From Chrysomallon squamiferum (lineage: Eukaryota > Animalia > Mollusca): DNA of 64,000 nt. Location of the stretch: NCBI GenBank assembly GCA_012295275.1, contig CM022665.1, positions 12,710,001-12,774,000 on the forward strand. Direction: 5' to 3'. Shown piece after piece: positions 13,193 to 27,531 of this stretch (within the stretch, counting starts at the first letter, position 1; each line of letters opens with the position of its first letter). A program made the position numbers and the translations under genes. The notes beneath the pieces are model-generated. The model searched no databases. It saw only the letters and a program-made list of their open reading frames with translations, and had not been told where the DNA came from.

Positions 13193-15010
13193 CACATGAA
13201 TTAAATTATTCATCGTTGAGCATGTTTGTTTTAATAATGTTTTTAAATAACCAATTTTGACAATAAATTACATTTACGTTTGTCTAGTGAAAAAGTCTGT
13301 ATTAGACTGAGCTCTTAAAATTTGCGACATGAATCAAAATGGAACGTTATGCGAAGTAAAAAATTGTTCAAAGTAAAAAATTACTTATTTCTGAATAATA
13401 TGACGTAAAATACGGTAAAAGAAAAGAAAAGCAAATATTAGATCGTGCAAATTAATTTTCAGTCTTCTGAATAAATAAAAAAAAGAAATGTCGTAAAAGG
13501 TGAATTCACTTACACATAAATATGCCTAATTAAATAAACCACAATAAGTGGGATTCTATTTTAATTATCCAATTTTCATATCCCAGAACAGGGCGTGGCT
13601 AATCACTGCATTAATAACCCATGATACGGCATGTCAGTAACCTATTTTTGATAAAAGATTAAACGAACATCAGAAGATATCGTATACCGAGAATTATCTT
13701 ATGTTATCGTATAAAGTAAATAAAAATAAAAATAAAATATAAAATAAAATTAATTAAATTGAAAAATAAATCAGTTACCTTAAATAATATGCAGTTTTTT
13801 TGTTGTTTGTTTTTAAGTTGTTTGCAATATTGTCTACATTATGTGGACAAAAATAATTTCGTGGACAATAAATAAATAAATAAATAAATAAATAAAATGA
13901 ATGCATAAATAATAATGAAGATGATGATGATGATGACGTCGACGACGAAAATGATGATAATATCATTAATATTATCATTATTATTATTGCATTAAAATAT
14001 GATTTTCACTTTTCTGGATAATTCTCTCTCAGAAAAAAAATGTATATACTTGTATATTATGTAAAAAGAAGGGAAATAAAGCTCATCTGATTTGTTTAAA
14101 CAACTCTTTTTATCTTTTCCCCTGAGGTAATAGTAATCAGTTTTCTGACTATTGCTTATATACATGTAAATAAGATGTACTAAAAGCAATCACATATTCT
14201 GCCCCTCAATTTTTTTCTTTTTTTTTCTCCTTCATATCGATTTCGTTATTATTCAAAATTAACTATCAAACATGTCTTTGAAGTTCAAACAAGTATCTCA
14301 TAAAGGCTTTTAATAAAAGAAACGTCATTTCCATTTCAATCAGGTACTGTGATTGCTTTTTCCAACACTAAAGATGGAGCTATTTCGGTGTTAGATAACT
14401 CCGTGCATGGATGTCGTTCAAATAAACATTACTGTCCGTCTAAAACAACATTACTAGATTTCTCAAAATTGCATCTCAAAATTATATGGCAGGAGAAAGA
14501 TGTTGATCGCATTTTGCTCCTGGTTTTTAATTCTATATTTCCATTATTTTCAGTGATGGAAATGAGAGTGCACGCAGGGCAACAGGGTTACTTTACCTTT
14601 GGTTTCCAGTTTATGTCCAATTTCTGTATTAGGCCGCATTTGTCAGCTTTCAAACAATTAAAATTAACTTATTTTCTTCAGCTCTTACGAACAACACATA
14701 ATTATATTAAAATATTATATCAAAAATCATAAAACGCAAATTTTCTTGAATTAGAAATTCTTACGATAGGCCCGAATTATGGTAGATAATAGATGAGCCT
14801 ACACTTTTTTTATTTTCCGCCTCAATAACAAACTGCATTTTCAGATTACAAAAAAAAAAAAAAAAAAAAAAAAATTCTCACGTACATTTTTTACGCCCAT
14901 TCCTTCCCAGTCTTAGGCTCGCAAACCTTAGCTTACCTCCAGTTCCTAAAACAGATTTCCAGGATTGATTATTTATTTATTTCATTTCTATTATTTTTTA
15001 TTTTATATAC

Positions 15011-15041
<31 letters not shown>

Positions 15042-15149
15042 CATTATTATTATTATTATTGTAGGTAATATCAGATAGTCGTTAGTTAGAATATTCATTT
15101 TTATCAGTGTGCAGTGGATTCAAGAGTCAGTTCTCCTGAACCTGCTTGT

Positions 15150-15260
15150 AGAGCTACTTTTCCGAAACCAACTAGTGTTTTTTTTTTTTTAAATGTTGAA
15201 CGTGCTTTCCTTATCTATGGTAGTTGCATATAAAGATTTCTTGCTGCTAATCGTTAAAGG
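15150..15260 (+). mobile_element. Degenerate SINE-like fragment
   Basis: gtgctttccttatctatggtagttgcatataaagatttcttgctgctaatc resembles the other copies. Confidence 0.4.
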
Positions 15261-16209
15261 TAACCGTCACAGGTTTATTCTCTCATATTAATAATTATAA
15301 GAGAAAAAGTTAATATATATATATAGATAGATAGATAGATAGATAGATATATTCATTGAATCACACCATTAACACAAAATATATATACAGATTACTGCAA
15401 AAATGCGAATTAAAAAATGTAATTATAAAAGAGTCAAGGTGCTGAACACATTACATTAATTCAGTAGATACTTTTTAAATTATCGATAAACAATAAGCAT
15501 CGTCGATTAAATATATTGAGAATATTCTGTAACGCATTATATCTGGTGTGTTGTAATTTCTTTCTCCATGATGTGTGTATCGATCAATCAACAGTTTGAT
15601 ATGAAATTATGAAAACTATAGCGATATTCCAGATGGTTTTGTCCAAGTAAAATACGTGAATATCTTGAATTTGTTATAAAATGTAGCCTTTTAATATATA
15701 TCCGTCACAGACTCATTCTCTGAATATCCCTAGGACGAGCAGTGTGTAGCCTAATTGAATATGGTGAAACCTGAGGAAAGATTTATCAACTGGTTATTTT
15801 ATTTAGGTTGAGATCGAGTTTAGGAACGTTTTCCATATCTACCTTCGTTTATCTGTCTGTCTCAAAATAACAATAATTATTTTACTTATATTCTGTTTTA
15901 TTTATTTATATATTTATTTTAAAACAAAACCCAAATTAAATGTGAAAAAATAAAATAAATAAATCGAAAATAAAACTTACCATTTACAATTATTCTGATA
16001 GTATAATATCATTAACTTAATGTTCAAGAAACATAAATTATGAATAGGAAAGAAAAAATAAAGTGAATAATGTTAAAAAAATAAATTTTGTTGAACACCA
16101 TGGTTATTTGATCTCTTTCGAATTCAAAGTCATACTTCCAGTTAATTGTTTCTTTGTGTCGTAAGCATTTCAGACTAGAAATCTGGACGAACTAATTGGA
16201 TCGCTTGTA

Positions 16210-16527
16210 TTACCATGACGACGTTTTACCATTTATTTTGTAATCTGATGCCAGTTTTGAACTTGCCGAGATATAGGATACTCTGTGACCCGTTACTCTT
16301 TCCCAGGAACCAGCCGTCTGCTCAGTTCCCGAATCTCGCGCCACAGGTGAAGTGATCGGCGGGAATCGGCAATTTCCCGCGAAGTCCGTGGACATTTGTG
16401 CCTACGATTATTATTAGAAGACTGCATGTATAGAGAGACATTTCCCGATCAGCAAGGGAACTCTTGATCTCGGGCAACAAGTGCCAAAGAGATGTTTTGG
16501 AAACAAAGAAGAAACGCTTAACGGTAG
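16210..16527 (+). promoter_or_regulatory. Candidate promoter / non-coding first exon of the plus-strand mosaic gene
   Basis: Locally GC/CpG-richer block ending in donor-like cggtag|gtgaga; the ATG exon at 18142 has a splice acceptor, so an upstream UTR exon is required. Confidence 0.35.
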
Positions 16528-17075
16528 GTGAGACTTGTATGTATTTTTATTTATATTTTTCCTTTTTTATTTCAAGCACGCATGTTGTGTAGTTATTTAC
16601 TGCTCAATTATTGCAGACTTTGTGGTTCTGAGTTTGTCTTCGATTTTTTTTTCTCTCTTGGGTATTCTTTGACACAGCAGATATTGCAACTCAGCGCCGA
16701 GTCATTTTAGCCGAAGGCAAATATGAGTCAGTCTCAATTACGGCTGAGAAAATTAGATTTGACAGGTTGCACGTGCATTTATTTATACACCGAAACATTC
16801 CGTAGGTTGTCGTATTTTAAAAAAAAAGTATTTATTTATTTTTTTTAAAAAAAAAAAAAAAAAAAAAGTTTTCACAGTGATGTTTTAAACAGAGAGAAAT
16901 TTTTTTTTTAAGTGAACATAAAAGTTATGCTAGAAAACGAATCAACACAAAAGAAAAAAGCAACACTTTATGGCTTTAATTTTATTTCCCCTGCAAAGTT
17001 TTAATAATAAAACGAATTATATAAAATTAACTTAAAAATCACTTAAAACACATGTACACAAACATTTAAATATAA

Positions 17076-17120
<45 letters not shown>

Positions 17121-18158
17121 TATATATAATTTTATTTAATATAAACTGTTTCAAGAGATCCCAATTAATTATTATTTTTTTCATTTTTTTCCTCTTTATA
17201 TTTCATTTTGTTTAATTTTGTTTAATTTAAAATTGGTTTCTATTAGACATGGAAATATTAAATTTGCTGTTGTTATATTCATCTTTTGTCAATTTTGATA
17301 ATTTTGTTTTCATATAAAGAATAAAATTATGTTAATACACTTATCACACATGCAAAAACCATGGATATAGTGAACAGCACATTTTAATCACACAAAAAGT
17401 GTCCATTTTCAGATTTCTATTTTAAAAAAAAATTTAATTCTTAAATCTACTTAATTCTAAAGCATAATGTGATAACATGCAATATTTCTTACTTTATTTA
17501 CCCATTTTGTTGTGGGAAGTCAAGCATGAAATTCTGGAACGACTAAACTATGTACATGGGTTAAGCATTTAAAGTGAATAGTTTCTTTCATTTGTTTGAG
17601 TCTTGCTGGTTATTTTGATACAAAATACTTGTTAGGCAAAATTATGGATCTTTGGTTATGGTTATTAAAACATGGCTCAACTTTGATGCTAATTTTCTGC
17701 AAATGGGAGGGAGAGGTCGATTATGTAACAGCTGAAAGTTGCCTATCTCCAAAACTAAATATGATAATTAAATTTACAATATTTTTTTATTATTATTTAT
17801 ATTTTTTTTTGGGGGGGGGGGAATTTTGTACATCTTTTTACTCATCATTTAAATGAAGAATAACATAATTATGTCAAATGAGTCTAATAATCATGATAAT
17901 CATGATAATTATATATGTATGCTTATGTATGGAGTGTGTAATGTGTTAATATGTTAATGTATATTTAAGCATCTCTGTGTGTGCATGTGGGTGTGTTTCT
18001 GTGTGTGTGTTTGTTTTGGTAAAGTCATTAAAACTGTATAGTTAATTTTTCTGTTAAATATCCCTTTTTTAATTAAAAAAATACAAATACAAATAATAAA
18101 ATTACATGGACATTTTTGGAGGGTTTATGATATTTCCACAGCTGGTTGAAATCTGGAA

Positions 18159-18270
18159 ATGAGGACTCAGAAGAGGTTGCAATGCCTTCAGGTGTTGATC
18201 TTGTTGATGATTTCTGTACAGAAATACTCTGCTGTTGCTGAAGTTGATAACATCACAACCTCGTCATATG
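18159..18270 (+). CDS. Mosaic gene exon: signal peptide
   Basis: MRTQKRLQCLQVLILLMISVQKYSAVAEVDNITTSSY; acceptor at 18141, donor gtaagt, phase 1 fits 29168. Confidence 0.75.
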
Positions 18271-21200
18271 GTAAGTGATTAAATAATTTCATTATCAGAG
18301 GATATATTCTGTGTTTTTGATATTAACAGCTACTGTGATAATAAAGGTGGTCGTTACCATGATTTATTAATGACATAATTTTTAAGAAATAAATATGAAA
18401 CACAGATTGTTATCATATCTAAATTGATTAGATATCTGTTAATAAAAGATTAAATAATAATAATAATAATAATAATAAAATAAAATAATCTGAAAACAAA
18501 ATGAAATTTAATTTTAAAAGTATTTCTGAATATCTCTAATTTATAAAAATAATTTTTAGTTATTCCATTTTTTCATTATAATTGTGTTTTGGGTAATTTG
18601 ATAAAAAAAAAGAATTCAAAGATAAATTTTTAAAGTGATCTTGTAACATTTGTTTTTGGAAAAATTTTTGTTTTAACCTCTTCATCTATTTTGGCAGTTT
18701 TATTTTCACTGATATTTGTAATATATACTTTATTTGACCAAATCATTTTTATTAATTTCATGTACACATTATATTTGATGTACCCAGTCAGGCAATCATT
18801 CCTCAAACAGTGATATCACTATCATTTCCATACATATCATATGTTTAATAACAAAGTATTTTTTATTATTTAAATTATTTACAGCATCTTGTATGCCCCA
18901 GTCAACTTTTCACACTTCTCCCCATTGGTAGCAACATATCCATAGACATTTACCAACAGTATATTTTTTCATTTTTCTTTAATGTATTTAAATGTATATC
19001 ATATATTTAATAAATGTTTCTTCCTTAATCTGTTTATACAACCCTGTTAATAGACTTTTACTAACAATGTCATTTTTTGTGTTTCATAATAGTCATTCCT
19101 GTAATTATTATTCTTTATATATTTGACAAGCTATTTCTAACTTTCCAGTTAATTTGTTTATTATTGTATGGTGATCTACAGGTATGTTCTGTACAAAAAT
19201 GAAAAATATTCTTTTTTTGTCTTTAAACATTACCATATTTATGATATTTTATTTACTTAATCTTAGTGATATTCCTACATTATCCACACACACATAGCTG
19301 CACACTCAAGATAAATATTTCTTTAAACAATTAAATCAAGGCTAATTATTTTCTAGTGTTACTACTGATATCATTGTCATAATACATCAGCAATAAAATA
19401 TACTCTACCTAGGACATAAACCTGTCATGGTAGACATTAATTGCTACTTATGGCTGCTTCGTGTTGGTTTTTTCCAATTAACTGTAAAACATATGGCAGG
19501 CCAGTAGATAATTATTATCTGCTAGACATCAAAATACTTACCTTGCCATGCTGGGAGGTTTATTTTATGTACTGGGATGATGTAGGGATTGGGTTGATGA
19601 GCTCTTTCAGATCAAAGTTCAGTCTCTAGACATCAACATAAAAACACATTGTGCTATTATGGTTTATCACAACAACATTTAAGTTTCGTTTTTCTCTTGG
19701 AATTATTTATATTGAAGTCAATTGATTGCTTTAAAATTATTGAAGTTTATAAAGTTTTGATTAATATATAAAAAAATATTTTAAATATCAAAGAAGAAAA
19801 ATTAAATAAATAAATTCCACCATTAAAAACTCCCCTAAAAAACAAGTAATGGTGTGTGTGTGTGTGTGTGTATTTTAAATATAACTTCTCCCTATCCACA
19901 GGAATAAGACAGTTTTATCAGTTCCATCCAGTTACTTTTAATCTTATTCAACAGTTTTACTTATTGAAACTATATGAACTGAATTTGATTAACTTAGAAC
20001 TGTCTAAACAAACCCAGTTTAATTACTTTTACCTATGCCATCTTACTAGGTCACATCATTTCATGGGTTCCTTTTATTAAGAAAATAATTAAATATCTTA
20101 TTTTTAGTATTATTCATGCTAGGAACACAGTCATTAAATTAGATGGTATGTTCTGTAGTAAAAGATTCTCAGGTAATGAACTGGCAGTCTTCAAGAGTAT
20201 ATCAACATAAGGCCAACATTTGGAATCTTCTCTTACAATAACAGCAAGTAACTGTCTGATAAACAAGTTTGCAGAAAGAGTTAAAATAATTGCATGTGTG
20301 CACTAACCAAAATTCATGGTATATCATAAAAGTCATTGAAAAGAATATTCCAATGTTATTCTTTAAAAAAAAAAAATTGTGCTTCCGAACATTGTGTTTA
20401 AAAATTAAAGATTACTTTTCCCATTAAACCAAAAACAAATTATGTTATTTTATATCTGTTTCCAATTAAGTTTCAGGCATGCTCATTCTGTGGCTAAGCA
20501 GAAAAGGGAAAACAGTTTTTTAATTTAATAACACATTCAACACATTTTTTATTTATTGTCATATATATCATTAACGATCACACAAATAATGTAAGAAAAA
20601 CCCATGGTAGTTTTATCGTTTTTCTTTACCACCAAGAAATGTGTCTTATGTACCTTCCCATAGACAGGAAGGCACATACCATAGCTTTTAATTCACTCTA
20701 ATAATAGAGAGACATCCTACCCTGTAAGATAAGTCTAAGTCTTGGACATTTGTTGCACTGGAATTGTACTAAACATTCAGCCATCATCATTCATATGAGA
20801 TCAGTGGACACAAGCAATTCTGATTCTGACTTCATCCAATTAACTTAATATTGTTACAGAAATCAATCCAGTGCCCAGGCTTAGAAGTGTACCAAACTCA
20901 GATACACATCCCAATATTCATACTTGTCTTTATTTTCCTTATATTAGGTTAAATATGTTTTCTTTCTGTAATCAACAAACTGACCAGCACAATAAAACCA
21001 CAGTGAGAAAGACAGATCTTTAGAATAATACTTTAGCACATAACCCAACTGGAATATGTATTACACCATTTTTATCTCTATTTATATAGTTAAGGATAGA
21101 TATATTATCTGTATTTATATCTACTCTTTCTTTTTTTCTTTAATCAAAAAACTTACTAACAAACACACCATCAAATCAAATACACTTTATAATAATTTTA

Positions 21201-24200
21201 CAATAATTTTATATTATCTGTATGTACATCATATGACTAGCATGTTAAATATTTCCAACCTTTTTTCTATAATCACCAATAAAACATTTCCATATTCAGA
21301 AAGCCAATATTTTACTACATAAAAAGCACGCAACTCAAACATGCTTACAATATGTTATCTGTATTTATATCTTCTGAGCAGCATGTTAAATTTTTCCCAG
21401 CTTTTTTTTTCTAAAAACTACAAACTCGCTGACAAAACATAAAAAAAGCAGCTCAAGATATCACCCATCTCAAATATACTTCATAATATGTTATATGTAT
21501 ATGCATCTACTGACTAGTATGTTAATTTTTTCAAGTCTCTTGTTTTTGGTAAACACCATCAAAACATTTCCATAATCAAAAACACAATACTTTACAGTAT
21601 ACAAGCCTTGGACAACATGCAGTATATTGTACTGGACACAAGTAGGGAAATACTTCAATCATTAGTATAGAAAGATTTGTGTGCCTTCAGTTACAACAGA
21701 ACAAAATACATTTCCACTGGATTAAGTAAGAGCTAAGCTCTGTTGCAACTCTGTGTGTTTGGAATAAGGAGGATCCAGGCTGTTCCTTGAGTAGAAATTG
21801 CTTCTTTCTCATGTGAGAAATTTATTCATGCCTTTTGCAGTACCATTGTTGAACTCCATTAGCCTTTCGTCAAATGCTGACAGGCAGTGTATGAATATTT
21901 AATGAAGTGCTGAGAGAAATAAAAATATCACTGTTCAGGTTAATATAAACATGGGGAGTGACAAATGCAAGTGTGCCAATCTTTTAAAAAACATTGGATT
22001 TCTTTTTTTGTTGTAGTTTTTTTGGGGAGTTTTTTTGTTGTTATTTTTTTTGCATAAATTTATTGTTTGTTCTAAAAGTATTAATAATTAACAGAATAAT
22101 TTTGAGAGGAGTTTTAAGATATAATTTAAAAAAAATGTTCCCTTGATTTAAAAAAACCCAAAACAAATTCATTTAAATAAATAAATATATAAATTTTAAT
22201 TTTTTATATAGCTGTGTTCACTAATACATGTACATACATTAAAATAAATTATAAAACTTTATAACATAGTAATGGTAAATTAAAATTGTCTTCAACATTT
22301 GTTTTGGTTTTAAAAATTTCATTAATGTTTTATTGCAATATATTTACTAAGATTTCATAATTTCATGACTGTCAAAATTAAAAAAAAAAAAATTAGTAAT
22401 ATATAAAAAGTAATAATAATAATAAAAATGTTGCAGTAAAAATTCTTTACCACTGAACTTTTCCTTATAATGTAATTCTAAAATAGTTGATAAAGTTATT
22501 TAACATTTTTGTTTTGGCTGTATTTTAAATTTTATATTTTTCCCAACCATTTCAAAGATCTTTATTTATCTGATGATATATACGTATTTAAATGAAAAGT
22601 TTTTGTACAAGATCTGTATTTATTTAAAAAACTAAAAAAAAAAAGAAAAAAGTAAGAAAGAAAGACTGATGACAAACATAATTAAGCAGAATTCTGAGAA
22701 AAAAATAAGACTATTTTTAACTTGACAAGAAAAAAAAATAAAGGATTATATGAAAAGAAATCATCTACCCCCATACATAAAAAGAATCTGATGAAAGAAA
22801 TAGTGTTTGTTTTTAGAACAGGTATTTAACAATATTCAGATGAAGATAGAAGGTGTAATTCGTTTTTGAAACAAGCTTCCTGACAGCTGTTTACAGGGCC
22901 CTGACTGGGTTACAGATAAGAATCAGTGACTTATTTTTGTAATAGGCATACTTTGATTGATGGAATCTAGTACAAAGGAAAATGACCTATACACCTGTTA
23001 TCAGAATAAAATAGGAAAATAATTAATTGTCTTTCAAGATCTGCTATTGTTATCAATGTAAAATAAATAACTGTCTTTTGGAATCTGTTATCAATGTTAC
23101 ATAGGTAATTTTGGACAATGGGAGTTTTAGGCATATGTTGTAAATCATGAAATTAATACTACAAATACTACAAATAATCAAAATACAATATTATCATGGT
23201 GCTTTATAGTGTCTTTTGTATTTTTCTTATGCAGCTGATGTTTTTCTCAATGAATTTTCCTTTATGGAACCTTCTCCAATCCAGAACTGTAGAATACAAC
23301 CTTTTTTGTAAAAGTATAAATATAATCTAAAATATTTTTGTTCAATAAAAAAAGTTTATAAATTTTGTTTTTTTTTGACTGTGTTGAATGAATGAGTGTA
23401 ATATATCAATTTGTTTGGCTGGTTTCTTTCTTCTTTTTTTTCATATTTCTAATAATAATAATAATAATTAAAATAAACATTATTTGAAAAAAAGAAGTAC
23501 AATTGTCTTCAATATTTACTTTGAAAATTAAATGTAATAATGAAAAAAAAATGCTTACACTGATGTAGTAAGAAAACCACTAAAAAAACAACAACAACAA
23601 CAACAAACAAACAAACAAACAAAATATATTAAGAAAACACACACTAAAAACAATATTTTTATATCAAAATGAATTTTTCTTTTTTACAAAAAATATATTA
23701 CTTAATTTAGATGGTAAGTTATTATTTTTCTAATTAGAATTGTTATAGTTTTTAACTAAGTTTTTATCTGGATGTTCTAAAAACCTCATTCCAGTACAAG
23801 TTACAGTGTTTTCTTTCTTATTATTTTGTTTTGTTTTGTTTATCTCCAATAATTCTTACATTAAAAAATTATTAATAGTCGGTCCACTTTTTGAACAACA
23901 TCTCAAAGGATTAAAATAACATTTTAGTTTCCATTATTTTTTCAGCATGGCTGACTTATCTGTTAGAAAAAGTAATCAGTTAGGGAAATTTTGCTTAATA
24001 AAAGCCATGTTGGATTTAATGTTTTCTCTAGACAGCACATGAAGTATTGTGATTGTGTTAAAAATTTATGGTTTCATTAGTTATTGCATTATTCAGAAGA
24101 GACAGATAACAGTAAAATAACGATGACAAAATACTCATGAGAGAACGCCATTCTCAAGAGATGTTGTGAATGAGAAACCTTTAACAAAACATTTAAAGTA

Positions 24201-25170
24201 TGCTGTTTTCTTTTGTTGCTATATTTTTTTTTTTTTTTTTTTTTTGGGGGGAGGGATTGCAGTTTTTTAAAAAATCTATTTATTTAATATAATGTCCAAA
24301 ATGGTATTTTTTAAATTGTTTTTGAATCTAAAATTTATTATCACCAGTGTCAGTCACTAATTTAAAAATGTAATTTTAAAATGTATCAAAATAATTGGAA
24401 ACCATTGCAATAACATTTTAAGTAACTGAACATTTTCATCAGTATCATTCTATATTAAAAATTTATTTAAAAAAATATATCAGTATTTAAAATTTCAAAT
24501 TCTATTTTCATTAATATAAGCATTTAAATTTTGTTTAAATAATAATAGCAGTACTACTTTTACCACTACCACCACTACTACTACTACTACTACTAATAAT
24601 AAATTTAAATTAATATAAGCAAATAAATAAATAAATACAGGGTGCAGCAAAAGTAACACACATTTAAAAAAAAAAAATGTATTCACTTTTACTGAACAAA
24701 ATATAAGAACAATTTTAAAAATAATAAAAGGATAAAAACAGAAATAAAAAAATGGCTTTAATTTCAGCACACCATCTAAAATTTTAAAGTTCTGAATCCC
24801 TATAAAGGCCCTTACTTCAAACAATATTTCTAACTCCTTTATTAAAGAGTGAAGATTGACAGCCATATGTGTGATAACACCTGGTTTTCATCACCTCTTC
24901 TATTAGTAGGGGTGGGAATCTCCACACACTGTTTTCATTTCCACAAGCACTTAAACATAGATTACCATCACTAAACCACCAGAGACAGAGAGTACCAAGA
25001 CACACTGTTCTTATTGCTGTACATTAAGCACATTTTTGTGAGTGAAAACAAAAGAGTAACTTATCAATATTTACATTATTTCCTAAGTTGTTTTCACATG
25101 AAATATTTCCCTCAAGAGGTTAATTGTATAGATGTTTTGCTTTGAAATGAAGTGCCATGTTTTTTGTTTA

Positions 25171-25225
<55 letters not shown>

Positions 25226-27464
25226 GCCATTTGATTGGGGTTTTTTTTCTTTTTTTTTTCTTGTCTTTTTAAAAACTGTGTGTGTGTGTGTGTGTGTGTT
25301 ATTTACAGCTTCTAAATAAAATTTAAAAAAATTACTTCTTCACACTGGATATGAAACATTTGAAATATTCTCTTCATAAAAAAAAATGCTTATATTTATT
25401 TATTTATTATTATTAGTTATATATCAGGTTAATTAATTAAAACAATCATTTATCATTTGGAACTGGTTGCAAAGTAAATTTTTGTAAGCAAAAATGAACA
25501 AAAGGAGGTCTAAATAAGCTTTAGTTATTTGTAATGCATGTATTATCATGAACAGAATTTACACACTAAAGAAAACATACATGTAATATATATAATTTTT
25601 TTACATAACAAGTGTTAATTTTAATATTTTTAAACATAAATGCAATACAGATACAGTCATCAATCAAAATGCCAAAGTCAGATAAACACACCTGAAGTAA
25701 AATGAAGGTTTTGCTTTTTTCATTTGAAACAGTAAATGTGAAGAGAAAAAAATTCATCTGACTAAATAAATTATTAAATGTTCACACTGTTGATTTATTG
25801 CTGTTTTGGTTTTTTTAAAATTTATTTATATTTTTTTAAATTAATTTAGTTTCACTATTTCTGCTATACTTTTCTTTCATTTCTAACCCCTCCATTCTTT
25901 TAATTATTTCTTCAGTATTAGTTTTCTCTCAATCATTTATTTATGTTAGTGAAACTGTCATGTCATACACTTATATTTCACAGTTTATTATTATTGTTAT
26001 TATTGTTGTTACACAATACTCTTGCTATTTTAAGATACTGCTACTTCTGCAGCTATTACAACTATTACCACTGCTAAAACTGATCCTACTTCTACTACAA
26101 CTATTACTGCTGCTACCACTACTGCTTCAACTATTACTATCATTCCAATTAATTCTGCTATTGCTGCTACATCTACTATTAATAGTATTACTACTGCTTC
26201 TAATATTACTACAACTGCTAATACCACTACAATTTATACAAGTACTAAAGTAACAGTTACTAAAACTGCCACTACTGTTATAGCTTCTAGAACTATAACT
26301 ATTACAGTTGTTACCACCAATGCTGCTATTGTTACTATTACAACTAGTAACATCACCATTATCATTGCTTCTAATACAACTGATTCCACTGCCACTCCTT
26401 GTGTACAACTACTGTTCAATTGTCATTATATTGTTATTGCTATTGCTATTGCTACTACTATTACAGCTGTTATCACCATTACTACTACTATAACTGTTAC
26501 CACTGCCACCAAAACTATGACTGCTACAGCTGTTACAATCATTATAACTACTACAACTATTATTACAATTGTTACTGTCATTATACTATTGCTACTACTG
26601 CTACAACTGTATAACCACTGCTATTAATACTTCTATAACAATTACCACTACCACCACTGCTGTCACTACTAATATCACTGTTACTGCTGTTACTTTCATC
26701 ATGCTATTACTACTCCTACTGTTGTTATTACCTTTACTGTTACTATTACATAATTGTTATAACCATTACTATTACTACTATTACCTTGACTACAGCTATT
26801 TATACAGTATTTTATACTATTACTTTGCCTATTAATACAAAGTTTGTTTAGAACAGTATACAGTTACAACTATTACTCTTATTATTTGTATCTTGGTTGC
26901 TGTGCCTGTTAATACAAAGTTCATTCAGAACAGCATACAATTACAACTACTGTTATTATGTTATCTTGGTTGCTGTGCTTGTTAATACAAAGTTCATTCA
27001 GAACAGCATACAATTACAACTATTACTACTGCTAGTATTTTTGTCTTGGTTACTTGTCTCTGTTCTAATCATACACAAACACCAGGCTAATCATGCAAAG
27101 ATAAATCAAAGAACTTCATCATTCCAAGCTTCAGAAGTTCCTAACCACCCATGACCAATGGCTAGACAAGATGAAACACTGTGAAATGTTGATTTAAAAT
27201 ACAACACTTAGTGCTTTGACAGGCATGGTCTTTGATCAAGATAAGCCATACAACAGAAACATTAATTGTTGGCACATTTGGAATGCATTTTGACAAGCAT
27301 AAAAAAACCCACAGAGAGTAGGAATTTACCACCAACAACAAACAGTAATATGAGCACTTAGCTTGGTTTATTTGGTTACTGGTAATAAAAATAAGAAGTG
27401 GCCAGTATGTTTTTGAGTAGAGTTGGTGAAAGGAACTATTGTATTTTCAAGTAGACCTTGGTTC

Positions 27465-27531
<67 letters not shown>

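Noticed and set aside
11771-14732. Intergenic ORFs (11771-12031, 12602-12814, 14349-14732)
   Set aside because: Non-ATG starts, no recognisable domains or exon chains
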